Origin: a virus
Lineage: Duplodnaviria > Caudoviricetes
DNA length: 64,000 nt
Virus record (IMG/VR): IMGVR_UViG_3300011008_000999
Strand: one strand, 5' to 3'
The translations under genes and the position numbers were made by a program. Of this stretch, positions 29,731-39,923 are shown one piece after another. The notes beneath the pieces were generated by a model. That model was not told where the DNA came from. It saw only the letters and a list, made by a program, of their open reading frames with translations, and searched no databases. The first letter of the stretch is position 1. Each line of letters begins with the position of its first letter.

Positions 29731-30441
29731 CTATTTATAATACTCAAAATTAGTTACTATAAAAGTATAATCTTTAGTCATTCCAAGTTTATTAGTGTGT
29801 GTGTATTGTGCTAACATAGGAAATTGTTCACTAGGTCTACTATATTCATTTACTTTAAATACTGACTTTTCATTATACACATTACTAACTGCTTGTTTAA
29901 TAGTATTCATGTCAGGATTATATGCGATATGCTCTTCATCAATTCTACCAATCTCTTGCATACTTCTTTGTATAGGTGCAAACATATCACGTACTTGTTC
30001 TTTTACCTTATTTATAGTAGCACTAGTAAGTTCAATTTCTCCACTTTTCTTATCTAAACAAATAAAGCTTGCATTAGACAATTTAATCTGAACAAATATT
30101 TCTACAGTTGCTGTATCAGGTTCAGCTATTACATCAATAATCTCAGGAACTAAACCTTTAGTATGTGACATAATAAAATCTTCTACTGCGTCTTGTCTCC
30201 ATTCTTGTCTTACATGACATGATCCAGTGTGTATTGAAATAGGTGTAGTAATAGAAAGATCTCCAGTATAGGTATGTTTTTCTTTCTTTTCTTGAAGAGC
30301 CTTTTCTTCAGCTTTTTTCTGCGCTTCTACATTCATTCTATATGCCGCATCTCTACCTGCTTCAGTTATTTCAGTACGTCCTCCACCACCAGGACTACCA
30401 CCCATTCGGCTCATAGACCATATAGTAAAATAAGCTCCCAT
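29731..30441 (-). CDS. hypothetical protein
   Basis: 236-aa ORF with RBS. Confidence 0.7.
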   Translation of the reverse strand: MGAYFTIWSMSRMGGSPGGGGRTEITEAGRDAAYRMNVEAQKKAEEKALQEKKEKHTYTGDLSITTPISIHTGSCHVRQEWRQDAVEDFIMSHTKGLVPEIIDVIAEPDTATVEIFVQIKLSNASFICLDKKSGEIELTSATINKVKEQVRDMFAPIQRSMQEIGRIDEEHIAYNPDMNTIKQAVSNVYNEKSVFKVNEYSRPSEQFPMLAQYTHTNKLGMTKDYTFIVTNFEYYK

Positions 30442-30454
30442 AGTAACCTCCTTA

Positions 30455-30527
30455 AAAAGAAAATGACCTACCTCTTTCGAGATAAGTCATTTTTCGCCAT
30501 CCATTCTTTATTATAAATAAATAGCTC
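30455..30527 (-). repeat. dispersed promoter-hairpin unit
   Basis: CTATTTATTTATAATAAGAATGGATGGCGAAAAATGACTTATCTCGAAAGAGGTAGGTCATTTT. Confidence 0.75.
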
Positions 30528-31064
30528 TTAATAACTAATATTATCATATAAGTCGTTGTCATCAAGTTCGTCACCATAGACATGTTCAATTCCAGTGATT
30601 TCTGTCCAACCTTGATTATGAAAAAGTTTTAACAACTCCTCTTTTGTTTTATTTCTAGCTGGACACTCTTCATTCTTAAATGGGAATCCATTATAGTCAA
30701 ATTCAAGTTCAGGACCTTCAGGTGGACAATATCTATCACCAGCATAACCAGGACTAATTACTCTAATATTAGCTCTAACATCTGCTGTAACTGTAATATC
30801 AGTATAATCTATACTTGAAATCTCAAAATCATCAGCATCTTCCATAAGAGAACTAAGAATATCAAATATATCCTCTTCAATGTGATCAATGGAATCGATA
30901 ATCTCATCTATACGCACATCTGGAACATTTTCGGCCCACTTAAGAATAATTCTAATAGTCTGACGACCATGTGAATGATCTGGACCTCTATCGTAATCAT
31001 CATATCTATCCATAGATGAACTATTTGTTTCAAAACAACTGTTTCTAATTTTAAACATGGTCAT
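30528..31064 (-). CDS. FETNSSS-motif family protein
   Basis: N-terminal FKIRNSCFETNSSS. Confidence 0.75.
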   Translation of the reverse strand: MTMFKIRNSCFETNSSSMDRYDDYDRGPDHSHGRQTIRIILKWAENVPDVRIDEIIDSIDHIEEDIFDILSSLMEDADDFEISSIDYTDITVTADVRANIRVISPGYAGDRYCPPEGPELEFDYNGFPFKNEECPARNKTKEELLKLFHNQGWTEITGIEHVYGDELDDNDLYDNISY

Positions 31065-31082
31065 TCCTCCTTATTTATATTT

Positions 31083-31398
31083 TTATATCTCCAATATCTT
31101 ATTCATGTCAATATCTTTTTCATGTTCAATAAATTTTGGATTAATATCATTAAACTGTTTCATAAAGTCAGTTATGTCTTTAGCGTTAATATCTACTAAA
31201 TCCATATTAGTATGATATCCAGTCGTGTTTACTTTCCAAATAATATCTGACATATCTAACTTAAATCTCTCTAAAAAATCTTCTATAGCAAAATCAATAC
31301 CAGGACAAATCATAAATGGACAACGATTACTATGCATAATTAATGATTTTTGCTTCAAATATACAATCAAACACTGGAAATAAATATACAGTTTGCAT
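31083..31398 (-). pseudogene. frameshifted hypothetical gene
   Basis: RBS start MQTVYLFP at 31398 stops near 31330; continuation lies in another frame. Confidence 0.45.
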
Positions 31399-31404
31399 AT
31401 AATA

Positions 31405-31784
31405 CTACTCCTTATATATAGGTTTTCCTAAAAATCCTCCAAATTTAGTTAATACAGTAAATTCATCTGTAGTCCAAAATCTAAATTTTTTGTATTAACT
31501 GCTTTTCCTTCTGGTGATACAGATAAAGTAATATGCGGAATTGGAATAGCTTCATAAAGCTCTCTAAGTTCATCAGATTCACATGAGACTAATTTAACTT
31601 TATATCCTTCATTTACTTCGTCATTTCCGTATCCAGTAACTACAAAAGTAGCCTGCTGACCATATAAATGTTCATGACTTTTAGCAGGCTTAAATTCTGT
31701 TGTTATGTGTTTGAATTCTATATCTTTAGAAAGTTTGCTATCTAATGGACCTTGTACAAAGAATGCTTCATATACTACGCCCAT
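31405..31784 (-). CDS. 2H phosphoesterase-like protein; frameshift in T-run at 31476-31479
   Basis: Two HxT motifs (KHITT, PHITL); adding one T gives ..LDFWTTDEFTVLTKFGGF. Confidence 0.65.
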
Positions 31785-32245
31785 AATACCTCCACTCTAC
31801 TATCTTGAATATCTAAAATAATTTTATCCCAACCTTCATCAGGCATAGGTAAGTTGAATCTATTATTCATTATTTCAATACTTTCATCTGGAACTCTAGC
31901 ATATTCAGTACGTTGAGAATTGAATTCCATACAAGTATACATATCTACTAATTTTACATAACAGATTTTTTCGTAGTTAAATTTTTCAATTAAATTAAGA
32001 AACTTCATTCTACGTTTTCTAGTTAGATTAGTAGAGTCATATACTACATTTTCTCCAGCCATCATGTCTAATAATATTCTTTCATGCAGAATATCAAATA
32101 CTCGTTGAGTATCATCTAGACTATGTAAATTAAGTTCATTTCTAATAGCATCAGACGAATGAATTATAAAACCTTGCTTTCTATACTCTTCTGCTTTTGT
32201 GCTTTTACCAGAACCTGGCAAACCAACTAACATAATTAACATCAT
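31775..32245 (-). CDS. polynucleotide kinase-like P-loop kinase (AAA_33)
   Basis: LVGLPGSGKST; SSDAIR; VVYDSTNL; PDEGWD. Confidence 0.85.
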   Translation of the reverse strand: MMLIMLVGLPGSGKSTKAEEYRKQGFIIHSSDAIRNELNLHSLDDTQRVFDILHERILLDMMAGENVVYDSTNLTRKRRMKFLNLIEKFNYEKICYVKLVDMYTCMEFNSQRTEYARVPDESIEIMNNRFNLPMPDEGWDKIILDIQDSRVEVLWA

Positions 32246-32595
32246 AAGTTAAGTACTTCCTTTATATCTTCTATTACGTCTCTAACTATTGCTGGAAGTT
32301 CCATATAAATATTACTTCTAGCATTTTCGTTCTGTATATAAGCTTTAACAGTTACTCTAAGATTTTCACTTATTATCTTTGAAAAAGCTTCGAAATCAAA
32401 TTGTCCATTTACTCGTAAGTTCTGAGATAATAAATAAGCGTCTCCAACTTTCATAACGAGATCATCACAAATAATCTCATCACACATTGCTTTATATACA
32501 ATTTCATCATATTGATCACCAATATGAGACATAATAGTATGTTGAATACGTCCTCTAAGTAATATCATTTGATTCTGTGTATACATACTATTCAC
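32242..32595 (-). CDS. hypothetical protein
   Basis: ORF in gene train. Confidence 0.6.
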   Translation of the reverse strand: MNSMYTQNQMILLRGRIQHTIMSHIGDQYDEIVYKAMCDEIICDDLVMKVGDAYLLSQNLRVNGQFDFEAFSKIISENLRVTVKAYIQNENARSNIYMELPAIVRDVIEDIKEVLNL

Positions 32596-32614
32596 CTCTT
32601 TTTAGATATAACTA

Positions 32615-32827
32615 TTACATCTGATCTTTTAAAGCTTTAGCATCTTCTTCACTTAAATAACAAAAATCATCATCGATATATGCCATTTCTTCACCTGGTT
32701 TATATATCAAAGAAGTCATTTCTGATCCGAATGGATATAATGCTGTATCAGGTGGAAGTTGACTTAATGCTTTTGCTAACTGGCCAACTGTACTTATATT
32801 TTTAGCTAATAATTTAATATCGCTCAT
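32615..32827 (-). CDS. hypothetical protein
   Basis: ORF with RBS. Confidence 0.6.
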   Translation of the reverse strand: MSDIKLLAKNISTVGQLAKALSQLPPDTALYPFGSEMTSLIYKPGEEMAYIDDDFCYLSEEDAKALKDQM

Positions 32828-32840
32828 ACTACTTATCCTC

Positions 32841-33251
32841 CTAAGCTAATCCATACTGTTCAAGATCATCATTAGTTATATCATCCATAGATAGCTTATA
32901 CTCGTTTATCAGCTCTTCATAATGCTCCATTATATAGAGTATAATTTCTTTAGTAAGACCATTTCTAGAGTATTCACATACTACACTAGTATTAAACATG
33001 TTAGTTATTCCTGAATACTGAACTACTAAATAATCTTTAAACTGTTCTTTTGTAGGTTTATCTGAAGCATTATTGAAATCATCAGGATCAAATACTAATT
33101 TATAACCTTCATTGAGTGCTTCTATAATATGTTCCTCAATATATTTTCTAACTTGAAATTCTTCATTCGCTTCATGTACAGATAAGCCTCTATTTCGTCT
33201 ATTTTTATGAAATAACTCTTTATATCGATCAATTGCTTCTAACATATTCAT
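32841..33251 (-). CDS. protein with DUF5049-like C-terminal motif
   Basis: VQYSGITNMFN. Confidence 0.6.
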   Translation of the reverse strand: MNMLEAIDRYKELFHKNRRNRGLSVHEANEEFQVRKYIEEHIIEALNEGYKLVFDPDDFNNASDKPTKEQFKDYLVVQYSGITNMFNTSVVCEYSRNGLTKEIILYIMEHYEELINEYKLSMDDITNDDLEQYGLA

Positions 33252-33261
33252 AATTTTTACC

Positions 33262-33559
33262 TCAATGATTCTTTTCCCAACCTACATATACTATCCAATC
33301 ATTAGTAATATTAAGTACTACTAAATCTTTGACATCAAGATTTTTAAGTCGTATTTCAGGTACTCCACCTTGTACACTTATTAGGTCTAATTCATCATGT
33401 AGATCACAATAATCCTTGATTTTATCTACAAGATCGACAAATCTGATTGGTAAGTTCTGTACATTGAATCTATCTCTTAGAATTGTATAAGTGTCCTGAA
33501 TATCTTTTATTCTGACTTCTATTGGAAAGTCAATTACTTTCATTAAATCATGCACTCTC
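33262..33559 (-). CDS. hypothetical protein
   Basis: ORF in gene train; start uncertain. Confidence 0.55.
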
Positions 33560-33562
33560 ATG

Positions 33563-33796
33563 TTACCATTCATAATAATTACCTTCCTCAAAAGCTAAAA
33601 CTACTGAAACATTAGTAGTATATCTTGACCAAAAGAAGTCCATCTTATCTTCAAATTCTTCTTTATACTCAGTTTCAAACAGTTTTTTACCTTCTCTTTT
33701 AACAAATTCTAAACTAATATGTTGTTTGCTAGTACTATTTTCATCTAAGTACTCTTCCAAAATTCTTTTATCAATTAACCAAACTTGATACTTCAT
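33563..33796 (-). CDS. hypothetical protein
   Basis: ORF with RBS. Confidence 0.6.
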   Translation of the reverse strand: MKYQVWLIDKRILEEYLDENSTSKQHISLEFVKREGKKLFETEYKEEFEDKMDFFWSRYTTNVSVVLAFEEGNYYEW

Positions 33797-33808
33797 ACTG
33801 CTACCTCC

Positions 33809-34258
33809 TTATGAAAGTCTTAATGAGAGGTACTTATATCCTTTTCCAAATTCTTTTTCTACTGCTTCTGGACATACTTCGAAGTCCTCCATAGTAGTAA
33901 GCTTAGTAGTATCGTTAAATAAAACCTGAATAAGACCGTCTTTATTATTACAGTAATAATTACCTTTTTCTTTGTATAGTTCAAAGAGTTTTACTACATT
34001 CTCATCAGAACATTTTACAGTTCGAACACCTATAGCAAGAAGATTATTAAGGAAGCCACCTATATAATCATCTTCAAACTCACGTTCAGGTCTATGCCAA
34101 CAATAAAAATCATTAAACAGAATATTTAGCATAGAATCATCGCTGTTTGGTACTAAAGTAACGGTTTTCTGTACTTGTGCAGATCCTTTAGGATCATACA
34201 CAAATACATGACATGATGAGCTATTAGTTTCAAACATTAAGTTTCTAATCTGGATCAT
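33809..34258 (-). CDS. FETNSSS-motif family protein
   Basis: MIQIRNLMFETNSSSCH; coupled to radical SAM gene. Confidence 0.75.
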   Translation of the reverse strand: MIQIRNLMFETNSSSCHVFVYDPKGSAQVQKTVTLVPNSDDSMLNILFNDFYCWHRPEREFEDDYIGGFLNNLLAIGVRTVKCSDENVVKLFELYKEKGNYYCNNKDGLIQVLFNDTTKLTTMEDFEVCPEAVEKEFGKGYKYLSLRLS

Positions 34259-35160
34259 ACAAAACCTCTCATCTTTCTTACAGCCTTAAACATATCATCA
34301 AAGGTATCTAATTTATCAAACATCTCTGTTTCCATAGACGAAATAGCAAATTTATTATGTACAGCGTCAAAAAAGTAGGTAAATTCACCTTCTTCGCCCA
34401 TGTGGTTAGTTTCCCACTGTTCAGGACTAACTATTTTCTGAACTTCAAGATCAAGTGTAGATAAGTTATCAAAACCAAATCCATTAAACTTATCTCTGTA
34501 ATCATAGAGGTGATTCTTAAGATATTCAATATTAGAATCAACTTCCTCTTTATGATCATTATAGTAATCTACACCACGACCTTTATGTTTGAATCCAAGA
34601 ATTAACATCTTCACATTGTGATTAGATAAGTTCTCGAGATCTACTTTAGAAAGGCATCCGTCTATTACATGAAGAACTGTATTTTCTAATCCATTATTCC
34701 AAAGAATAGGATCAGTAGAATCGGTAAGAGAAATACCAATTCCCCATACTAATTTTCTGCTCTGATAATCTCTAAGTTTGTCTACATTTACCTTAAGATG
34801 CTTTTGATTGATTGTAATATTAACAATTACTCCTTTATCCTTCATCTTAATAAGAAAGTCTTCAAGACCAGGATGAGTTATATCATTTGCATTAATTGCC
34901 ATTTCTGTTCCAGCATGAACAGTATCAAAAATAGGATTAGTAAGATCTGCATGCTTACCTTGTTCTGTACAACCTAAATAGCAATAAGGACAACCGCCGT
35001 TACATTTTTCTGTAATAGTAACATCCATACTTTCGGCAAATGCTGGAGTAAGATTATCGAGATCATTCATTCTAATCTTAGTTCCATCATCAAATAAACG
35101 TACAGTGTAATTTCCATTCTGATATTTTGCTAATAATTTCATTGTATACTTTCCTTTCAA
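34255..35160 (-). CDS. radical SAM protein
   Basis: ITEKCNGGCPYCY CxxxCxxC motif. Confidence 0.88.
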   Translation of the reverse strand: MKGKYTMKLLAKYQNGNYTVRLFDDGTKIRMNDLDNLTPAFAESMDVTITEKCNGGCPYCYLGCTEQGKHADLTNPIFDTVHAGTEMAINANDITHPGLEDFLIKMKDKGVIVNITINQKHLKVNVDKLRDYQSRKLVWGIGISLTDSTDPILWNNGLENTVLHVIDGCLSKVDLENLSNHNVKMLILGFKHKGRGVDYYNDHKEEVDSNIEYLKNHLYDYRDKFNGFGFDNLSTLDLEVQKIVSPEQWETNHMGEEGEFTYFFDAVHNKFAISSMETEMFDKLDTFDDMFKAVRKMRGFV

Positions 35161-35187
35161 AGTTTATATAAGTTTGATACATATAAA

Positions 35188-35430
35188 TTACTCTAACATA
35201 ATCATAAGACTTCCATCTTCAGCAAGTTTCTGAGCAACTACTTCACACTCATATAACTCAGAAAAGCTACTTCTAGGTACATTATAGTATTCTCCGATAT
35301 TCGATTTACCAATTCTAGAAAGTACCTGCTGAATTTCTAACTGTCTAGACTGAGGTATGCTAGCACTCCAAGTAAAGAATACATTGTTGCTTTCAATTGT
35401 AGTAAACTGTAAATATTTTGAAAATTTCAT
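35188..35430 (-). CDS. hypothetical protein
   Basis: ORF with RBS. Confidence 0.6.
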   Translation of the reverse strand: MKFSKYLQFTTIESNNVFFTWSASIPQSRQLEIQQVLSRIGKSNIGEYYNVPRSSFSELYECEVVAQKLAEDGSLMIMLE

Positions 35431-35441
35431 AGTACGCCTCC

Positions 35442-35822
35442 TTAATCTCTACCACTGAAACTGAATGCTGTAATATCACCTTCAGTTACATCAGCATATT
35501 CATCCATTTCCTCTATAGTCTGATCAAAAGTAAAGTAATCACGGTTATTTGCATATTGTTTCAAACGATTAAGATCTAATGGTACATCATCGTCAATCAG
35601 TCCTTCTGTAGTCATTTCATCAATAAAATCTTTTCCAGTCTTAAATTTCTGCTCGCTTGAATGTTTTCCGCTATCATATCTATTCCAAAATACTACATCT
35701 TCTAAGTTATCAAACTCCTCTTCGCCCTTACAAAATCTATTAAACTCCGTAGATTTCATCATAACTAGAACATGTACGCTAGAACTATTGGTTTCAAACA
35801 TACTAGATCTAACTTGAATCAT
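35442..35822 (-). CDS. FETNSSS-motif family protein
   Basis: MIQVRSSMFETNSSSVH. Confidence 0.75.
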   Translation of the reverse strand: MIQVRSSMFETNSSSVHVLVMMKSTEFNRFCKGEEEFDNLEDVVFWNRYDSGKHSSEQKFKTGKDFIDEMTTEGLIDDDVPLDLNRLKQYANNRDYFTFDQTIEEMDEYADVTEGDITAFSFSGRD

Positions 35823-35836
35823 ATTTGTACCTCTCT

Positions 35837-36541
35837 TTATCTTTTTCTATTTTTCTTTTTATTATGACGGTTTTTCTTAGTAAGATAGAAATCATCATCT
35901 TCCCATGCAGCATCTTCAGCTCTTAAATCATCAAGAGTTTGAGGTTCATCATCATAACCATAATCTGATTCTATATCTTCATCATATTCTTTTTTATGCG
36001 CTAGATATTCACGTTCTGCTTCAATTTCCTCATCAGTAATAACCATCTTAGCGTAGCTTGTAGAATCCCAATCTATCTCATTACCGTCTTCATCTGTGCA
36101 AATGATAATATATTTAGGATCTTTAATCATAGTTTGAACAGTCTTAATCTGTTCTTTTGTGAGATACGGTGAATAATCCCACTCACCACCATGACCCATC
36201 CACTCGCTAAAACATTTAAAGTCACCAAAGCATTTAGCAAGTATAACCTCAGGTCTAAGTATCTTAACAAATCTATCTTCTGGATCAGCATCAACTGGTT
36301 TTCCATCTACATAGATTTCTTTTACACCAGAATATTTAAGTAATCCAAAGAACTGATCAGTTTGATGTTGCCACTCTGCCCAAGCATATACACCATTTAT
36401 GTTGTTATCTCCAGAAAAACCACCTGATTCAATATGTACTACTGGAGGTATTTCAAGTTCTTCAACCTGACAAATGTCAACTGCAAATGTCATAGTAGAA
36501 GAACTATTTGTTTCAAATATACTTGTTCTAATTTGAATCAT
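35837..36541 (-). CDS. FETNSSS-motif family protein
   Basis: MIQIRTSIFETNSSST. Confidence 0.75.
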   Translation of the reverse strand: MIQIRTSIFETNSSSTMTFAVDICQVEELEIPPVVHIESGGFSGDNNINGVYAWAEWQHQTDQFFGLLKYSGVKEIYVDGKPVDADPEDRFVKILRPEVILAKCFGDFKCFSEWMGHGGEWDYSPYLTKEQIKTVQTMIKDPKYIIICTDEDGNEIDWDSTSYAKMVITDEEIEAEREYLAHKKEYDEDIESDYGYDDEPQTLDDLRAEDAAWEDDDFYLTKKNRHNKKKNRKR

Positions 36542-36559
36542 AGATATTCTCCTTATTAT

Positions 36560-36593
36560 ATTATAACACGATTAGTTCATAAAGTAAATAGTT
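36560..36593 (-). promoter_or_regulatory. sigma70-type promoter
   Basis: AACTATTTACT-N17-TATAAT. Confidence 0.65.
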
Positions 36594-36798
36594 AATGAGT
36601 ATCTACTGAAATAAATAAGTCAGTATCATTTAACTCCCAGCTAAATACTATAGCATCAGTTAAATTTAACTCTATTATCTTATCTACAAGATCTGAATAA
36701 GTTCCTTCATATAAAACGGTTTTCTCATCCCAACCATCTACAATAGTAACTTTTCCAATTTTGTTTTTAGTAGTAGCTAAAAACATTTTAAGTATCAT
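36592..36798 (-). CDS. hypothetical protein
   Basis: ORF with RBS. Confidence 0.6.
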   Translation of the reverse strand: MILKMFLATTKNKIGKVTIVDGWDEKTVLYEGTYSDLVDKIIELNLTDAIVFSWELNDTDLFISVDTH

Positions 36799-36811
36799 GA
36801 TAATAATCTCC

Positions 36812-37879
36812 TTAAATAGCTTCTCCTATAGAATTAGTAATATCTATTTTCATCTGCTGACCAATTTCTAATGCACGACTCATAATAGCAATTAACTTAC
36901 TAGGCTGTTCAAAATCACATACATCAGACGTATCTCTAACTATAAATAGTCTAAGTAAGTTATCTTCAAACTCATTAATCATATCCGCAGATCTAAATTG
37001 TTTATACTGTAGTAATAGTGCAGCTATAGTATCAGGTTCCATATCTTTTAACTCAGCTGCAGTTATATTTTTGTTCTTTTCATCTGTATCTGTACTAACT
37101 CCAATTAATACTAAAGCTGACATAAGATGTTTAAACATATTTGTGCATCTTCTACAATATGATGTAAATTGTTCAGTTGTAAATTGAGTAGCATCAGCTC
37201 TACTTAAATTAAGGTTATCATATAACATTAATAAACTGGTTAAACAACCACTACCTTTTTCAAAGAAGAAATTTATATCTTTCGCATAGTTTACTTCTAT
37301 ATGATTATCAGCTGCAAGTACGTTAATACCTTTAATCATTATTTCACAATAATCTATTAGGCTTTTAAGATGATATATTCTAAGTCCTCTTTCTGTAATT
37401 TTTACATCTTCCCAATGTTCAACTTCTGTGGCTCCAGGTACTTTTTGTGTTAAAGCAAACTTTTTTAACCATAAATCTAATTCAGGTGTAAGAGTTCTAA
37501 TATTTTTAGTCAAATTTCGAAATGAGTCTAACTTTCTACTAGTCTCAGAGTCTTCAGTTCCAGGAATTATGAATTGTTTTCCTGCATTAGCTTTATTTGC
37601 TCTAAATTCTTCAGCATATTTAACAATAACATTTTCAAATGCATCTACAGCGCTCATTGCTACAGCCGTACCAGTAAATAAAATAGTTTGCTTAACTTCT
37701 ACTGCTTCTGAATCAACTTTATCATAATCACCTAAAGCTTCTATAGCTTGATTATAATACTGCTGAGCATCTCTAAAATCAGCCACTTTACTATCATCTG
37801 CACCCCATACCTGATATTTAGTTAAATATTTACGTAATAAATCTGCATGCACTTTACCAGGTTCAATTGTAGTTGCCAT
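36812..37879 (-). CDS. hypothetical protein
   Basis: 355-aa ORF with RBS. Confidence 0.8.
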   Translation of the reverse strand: MATTIEPGKVHADLLRKYLTKYQVWGADDSKVADFRDAQQYYNQAIEALGDYDKVDSEAVEVKQTILFTGTAVAMSAVDAFENVIVKYAEEFRANKANAGKQFIIPGTEDSETSRKLDSFRNLTKNIRTLTPELDLWLKKFALTQKVPGATEVEHWEDVKITERGLRIYHLKSLIDYCEIMIKGINVLAADNHIEVNYAKDINFFFEKGSGCLTSLLMLYDNLNLSRADATQFTTEQFTSYCRRCTNMFKHLMSALVLIGVSTDTDEKNKNITAAELKDMEPDTIAALLLQYKQFRSADMINEFEDNLLRLFIVRDTSDVCDFEQPSKLIAIMSRALEIGQQMKIDITNSIGEAI

Positions 37880-37899
37880 AATAAAGATCCTCCTTTATA

Positions 37900-37971
37900 A
37901 TAAAAACTAAATAGCTTACCTGTTTCCAGATAAGCTATTTTTCACATTCATACTATTAATATTAAATAGTC
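37900..37971 (-). repeat. dispersed promoter-hairpin unit
   Basis: CTATTTAATATTAATAGTATGAATGTGAAAAATAGCTTATCTGGAAACAGGTAAGCTATTT. Confidence 0.75.
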
Positions 37972-37990
37972 CTTAATCAATATATTTAGT

Positions 37991-38596
37991 TTAAAGATTA
38001 TAGCCTGTATAATTTACTACTTTTCCATCTTCTATATCAAATATTCCAAGTTCATATACATTGTAACAATCTGTATTACCAATCTTATAGTTTCTATTTT
38101 TATGATGATGTCCATAGAATAGAATTTTAGGCTGTACTCTATTGATGTAATCAGTAATTCCTTTTAATCCACAATGTGCTACATCATGAATATCACCACA
38201 GTATCCCAGAGGTCCATCGTGACATACTAATATATCACATATAGGTATCTTAATACATTCTTCTATGGATTCATCTTGAGTAAATCCGTATACCTGTGAT
38301 GGTTTATATTTAGAAGAACCTTCGAATCCAGCTACAACTAAACCATTACTAAGCATAACACTAGATTGATGCAACATATAAATGTCCATTCCACTATAAG
38401 TATCTTCTACATCATGATTTCCATGTATAGCTATAATAGGTACTTTTACAAAATCATATAATAGTTGTACCTCTAATCTATACATATCACCTAAGATACA
38501 CACTAAATTTGCTTCAGCAATCTTATCCTTATGCTGTTCAAATAAAGGTCTAAATGCACCATGTGTATCTGCAATAACAGCTAATTTCATTAACAA
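37991..38596 (-). CDS. calcineurin-like metallophosphoesterase
   Basis: IADTHG; LGD; GNHD; CHDGP; GHHH. Confidence 0.9.
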   Translation of the reverse strand: MLMKLAVIADTHGAFRPLFEQHKDKIAEANLVCILGDMYRLEVQLLYDFVKVPIIAIHGNHDVEDTYSGMDIYMLHQSSVMLSNGLVVAGFEGSSKYKPSQVYGFTQDESIEECIKIPICDILVCHDGPLGYCGDIHDVAHCGLKGITDYINRVQPKILFYGHHHKNRNYKIGNTDCYNVYELGIFDIEDGKVVNYTGYNL

Positions 38597-38817
38597 CCTT
38601 TCTGATCAATCTTATCAAATATATCAGTAAATGCTCTCATTTTAGTTCTAGCATTTGTAATAAGTTTTTGATAAGAAAATTCATCTATTTCCATGACTTT
38701 TAAGATCTCTAAAATATTAAGATCTTCGTAATAAGTCAATAGCAAGGCAAGTTTCTCTTGTTCTGTAAGATACTGCATGCCTTGCTCTAGTTTTATAGTG
38801 AGTTCTTGTTTATTCAC
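38590..38817 (-). CDS. stand-alone sigma-70 region 4-like protein
   Basis: LTEQEKLALLLTYYEDLNILEILKVMEI resembles FliA/SigD region 4. Confidence 0.6.
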   Translation of the reverse strand: MNKQELTIKLEQGMQYLTEQEKLALLLTYYEDLNILEILKVMEIDEFSYQKLITNARTKMRAFTDIFDKIDQKGC

Positions 38818-38823
38818 TACTAG

Positions 38824-39192
38824 TTACCTCATATTGATTTCTGGAAATCTTGCATTCTGACCAAAATAACCTACAATATCTGTATTCCAATATCTAATGA
38901 ATGCTTCAATTTCGGTTGTTCTAAAGAATAATCTTTCACCTTCCTGATCAGCAACTCTAATAGAATAATGATCATCCCAAATATCTAATATAATATATGG
39001 TTCAGTCATAAACTGATAAGTAGTTCCAGAATCTTCTTGTGTGCAAATTACTAATTTGCTATCATTATAAAGCTCCATCATTTCAGTTTCAGACATTTCA
39101 GAAAGTTCTGCATATTCTTTAACCAGACCTAAAATAGATTCTTTTACATCATATTCAAAGAATCTTTCAAGTTCTCTATTTCTAGGATTCAT
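38824..39192 (-). CDS. hypothetical protein
   Basis: ORF with RBS. Confidence 0.65.
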   Translation of the reverse strand: MNPRNRELERFFEYDVKESILGLVKEYAELSEMSETEMMELYNDSKLVICTQEDSGTTYQFMTEPYIILDIWDDHYSIRVADQEGERLFFRTTEIEAFIRYWNTDIVGYFGQNARFPEINMR

Positions 39193-39204
39193 ATCACATT
39201 CTCC

Positions 39205-39576
39205 TTATCGTACGCAGTATTTCCAGCCATAGGGGAAATTATAATCAACTCCACGACAAATGTCTTGAATTTTGATCTTTATAATATCACTTGCTCCACC
39301 ATAACCAGAGATACTAAGTTCTTTTTCCATTTCTCTACACTTCTGAGCAAATTTGACATATTTTGAATAGAATCTACCTTTATCGTCATCATACTTCATA
39401 TCCATAGAATCCATAGTATTCTGATTAGGAAACTTATTATAGTCTTCCATACATACGTCATACGCTGCTTTAAGAGTTCTATACCACTCATCAATATCCT
39501 CAAATTTCTCAGTGCTAGTAAATTTAAGAACTTCACTAGGTATCTCAGGATCGATGAAATTAGTCATTTCATACAT
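39205..39576 (-). CDS. hypothetical protein
   Basis: RBS before MYEM. Confidence 0.6.
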   Translation of the reverse strand: MYEMTNFIDPEIPSEVLKFTSTEKFEDIDEWYRTLKAAYDVCMEDYNKFPNQNTMDSMDMKYDDDKGRFYSKYVKFAQKCREMEKELSISGYGGASDIIKIKIQDICRGVDYNFPYGWKYCVR

Positions 39577-39589
39577 AATAACTACCTCC

Positions 39590-39922
39590 TTAACCTGCAC
39601 CAACAATTGCTTCTATATAGATTGTATCTTCTATGAGTCTATAATCTACATCAAGAGCCTTTACTGCAATTCCATCAATAATTGCTTCTGAACAAGTTTC
39701 ATGATATGTATTTTCATATATCTTAAGATCCCATTCTTTATATACAATTCTCACAAAATCTGCATGAAACTCTTCTCTAAATTCTCCATTGGGACCGTTC
39801 CATTCTACTCTGCGACCATGAGAGTCCCACCAATAACTGAGTACTACATTTACGTCATGTGTTGTAAAGACAGTTTCTTCTACTTCATTTAGTTTTTCAG
39901 TCTTGAGTTCAATAGTTTCCAT
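39590..39922 (-). CDS. hypothetical protein
   Basis: ORF with RBS. Confidence 0.65.
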   Translation of the reverse strand: METIELKTEKLNEVEETVFTTHDVNVVLSYWWDSHGRRVEWNGPNGEFREEFHADFVRIVYKEWDLKIYENTYHETCSEAIIDGIAVKALDVDYRLIEDTIYIEAIVGAG

Positions 39923-39923
39923 A

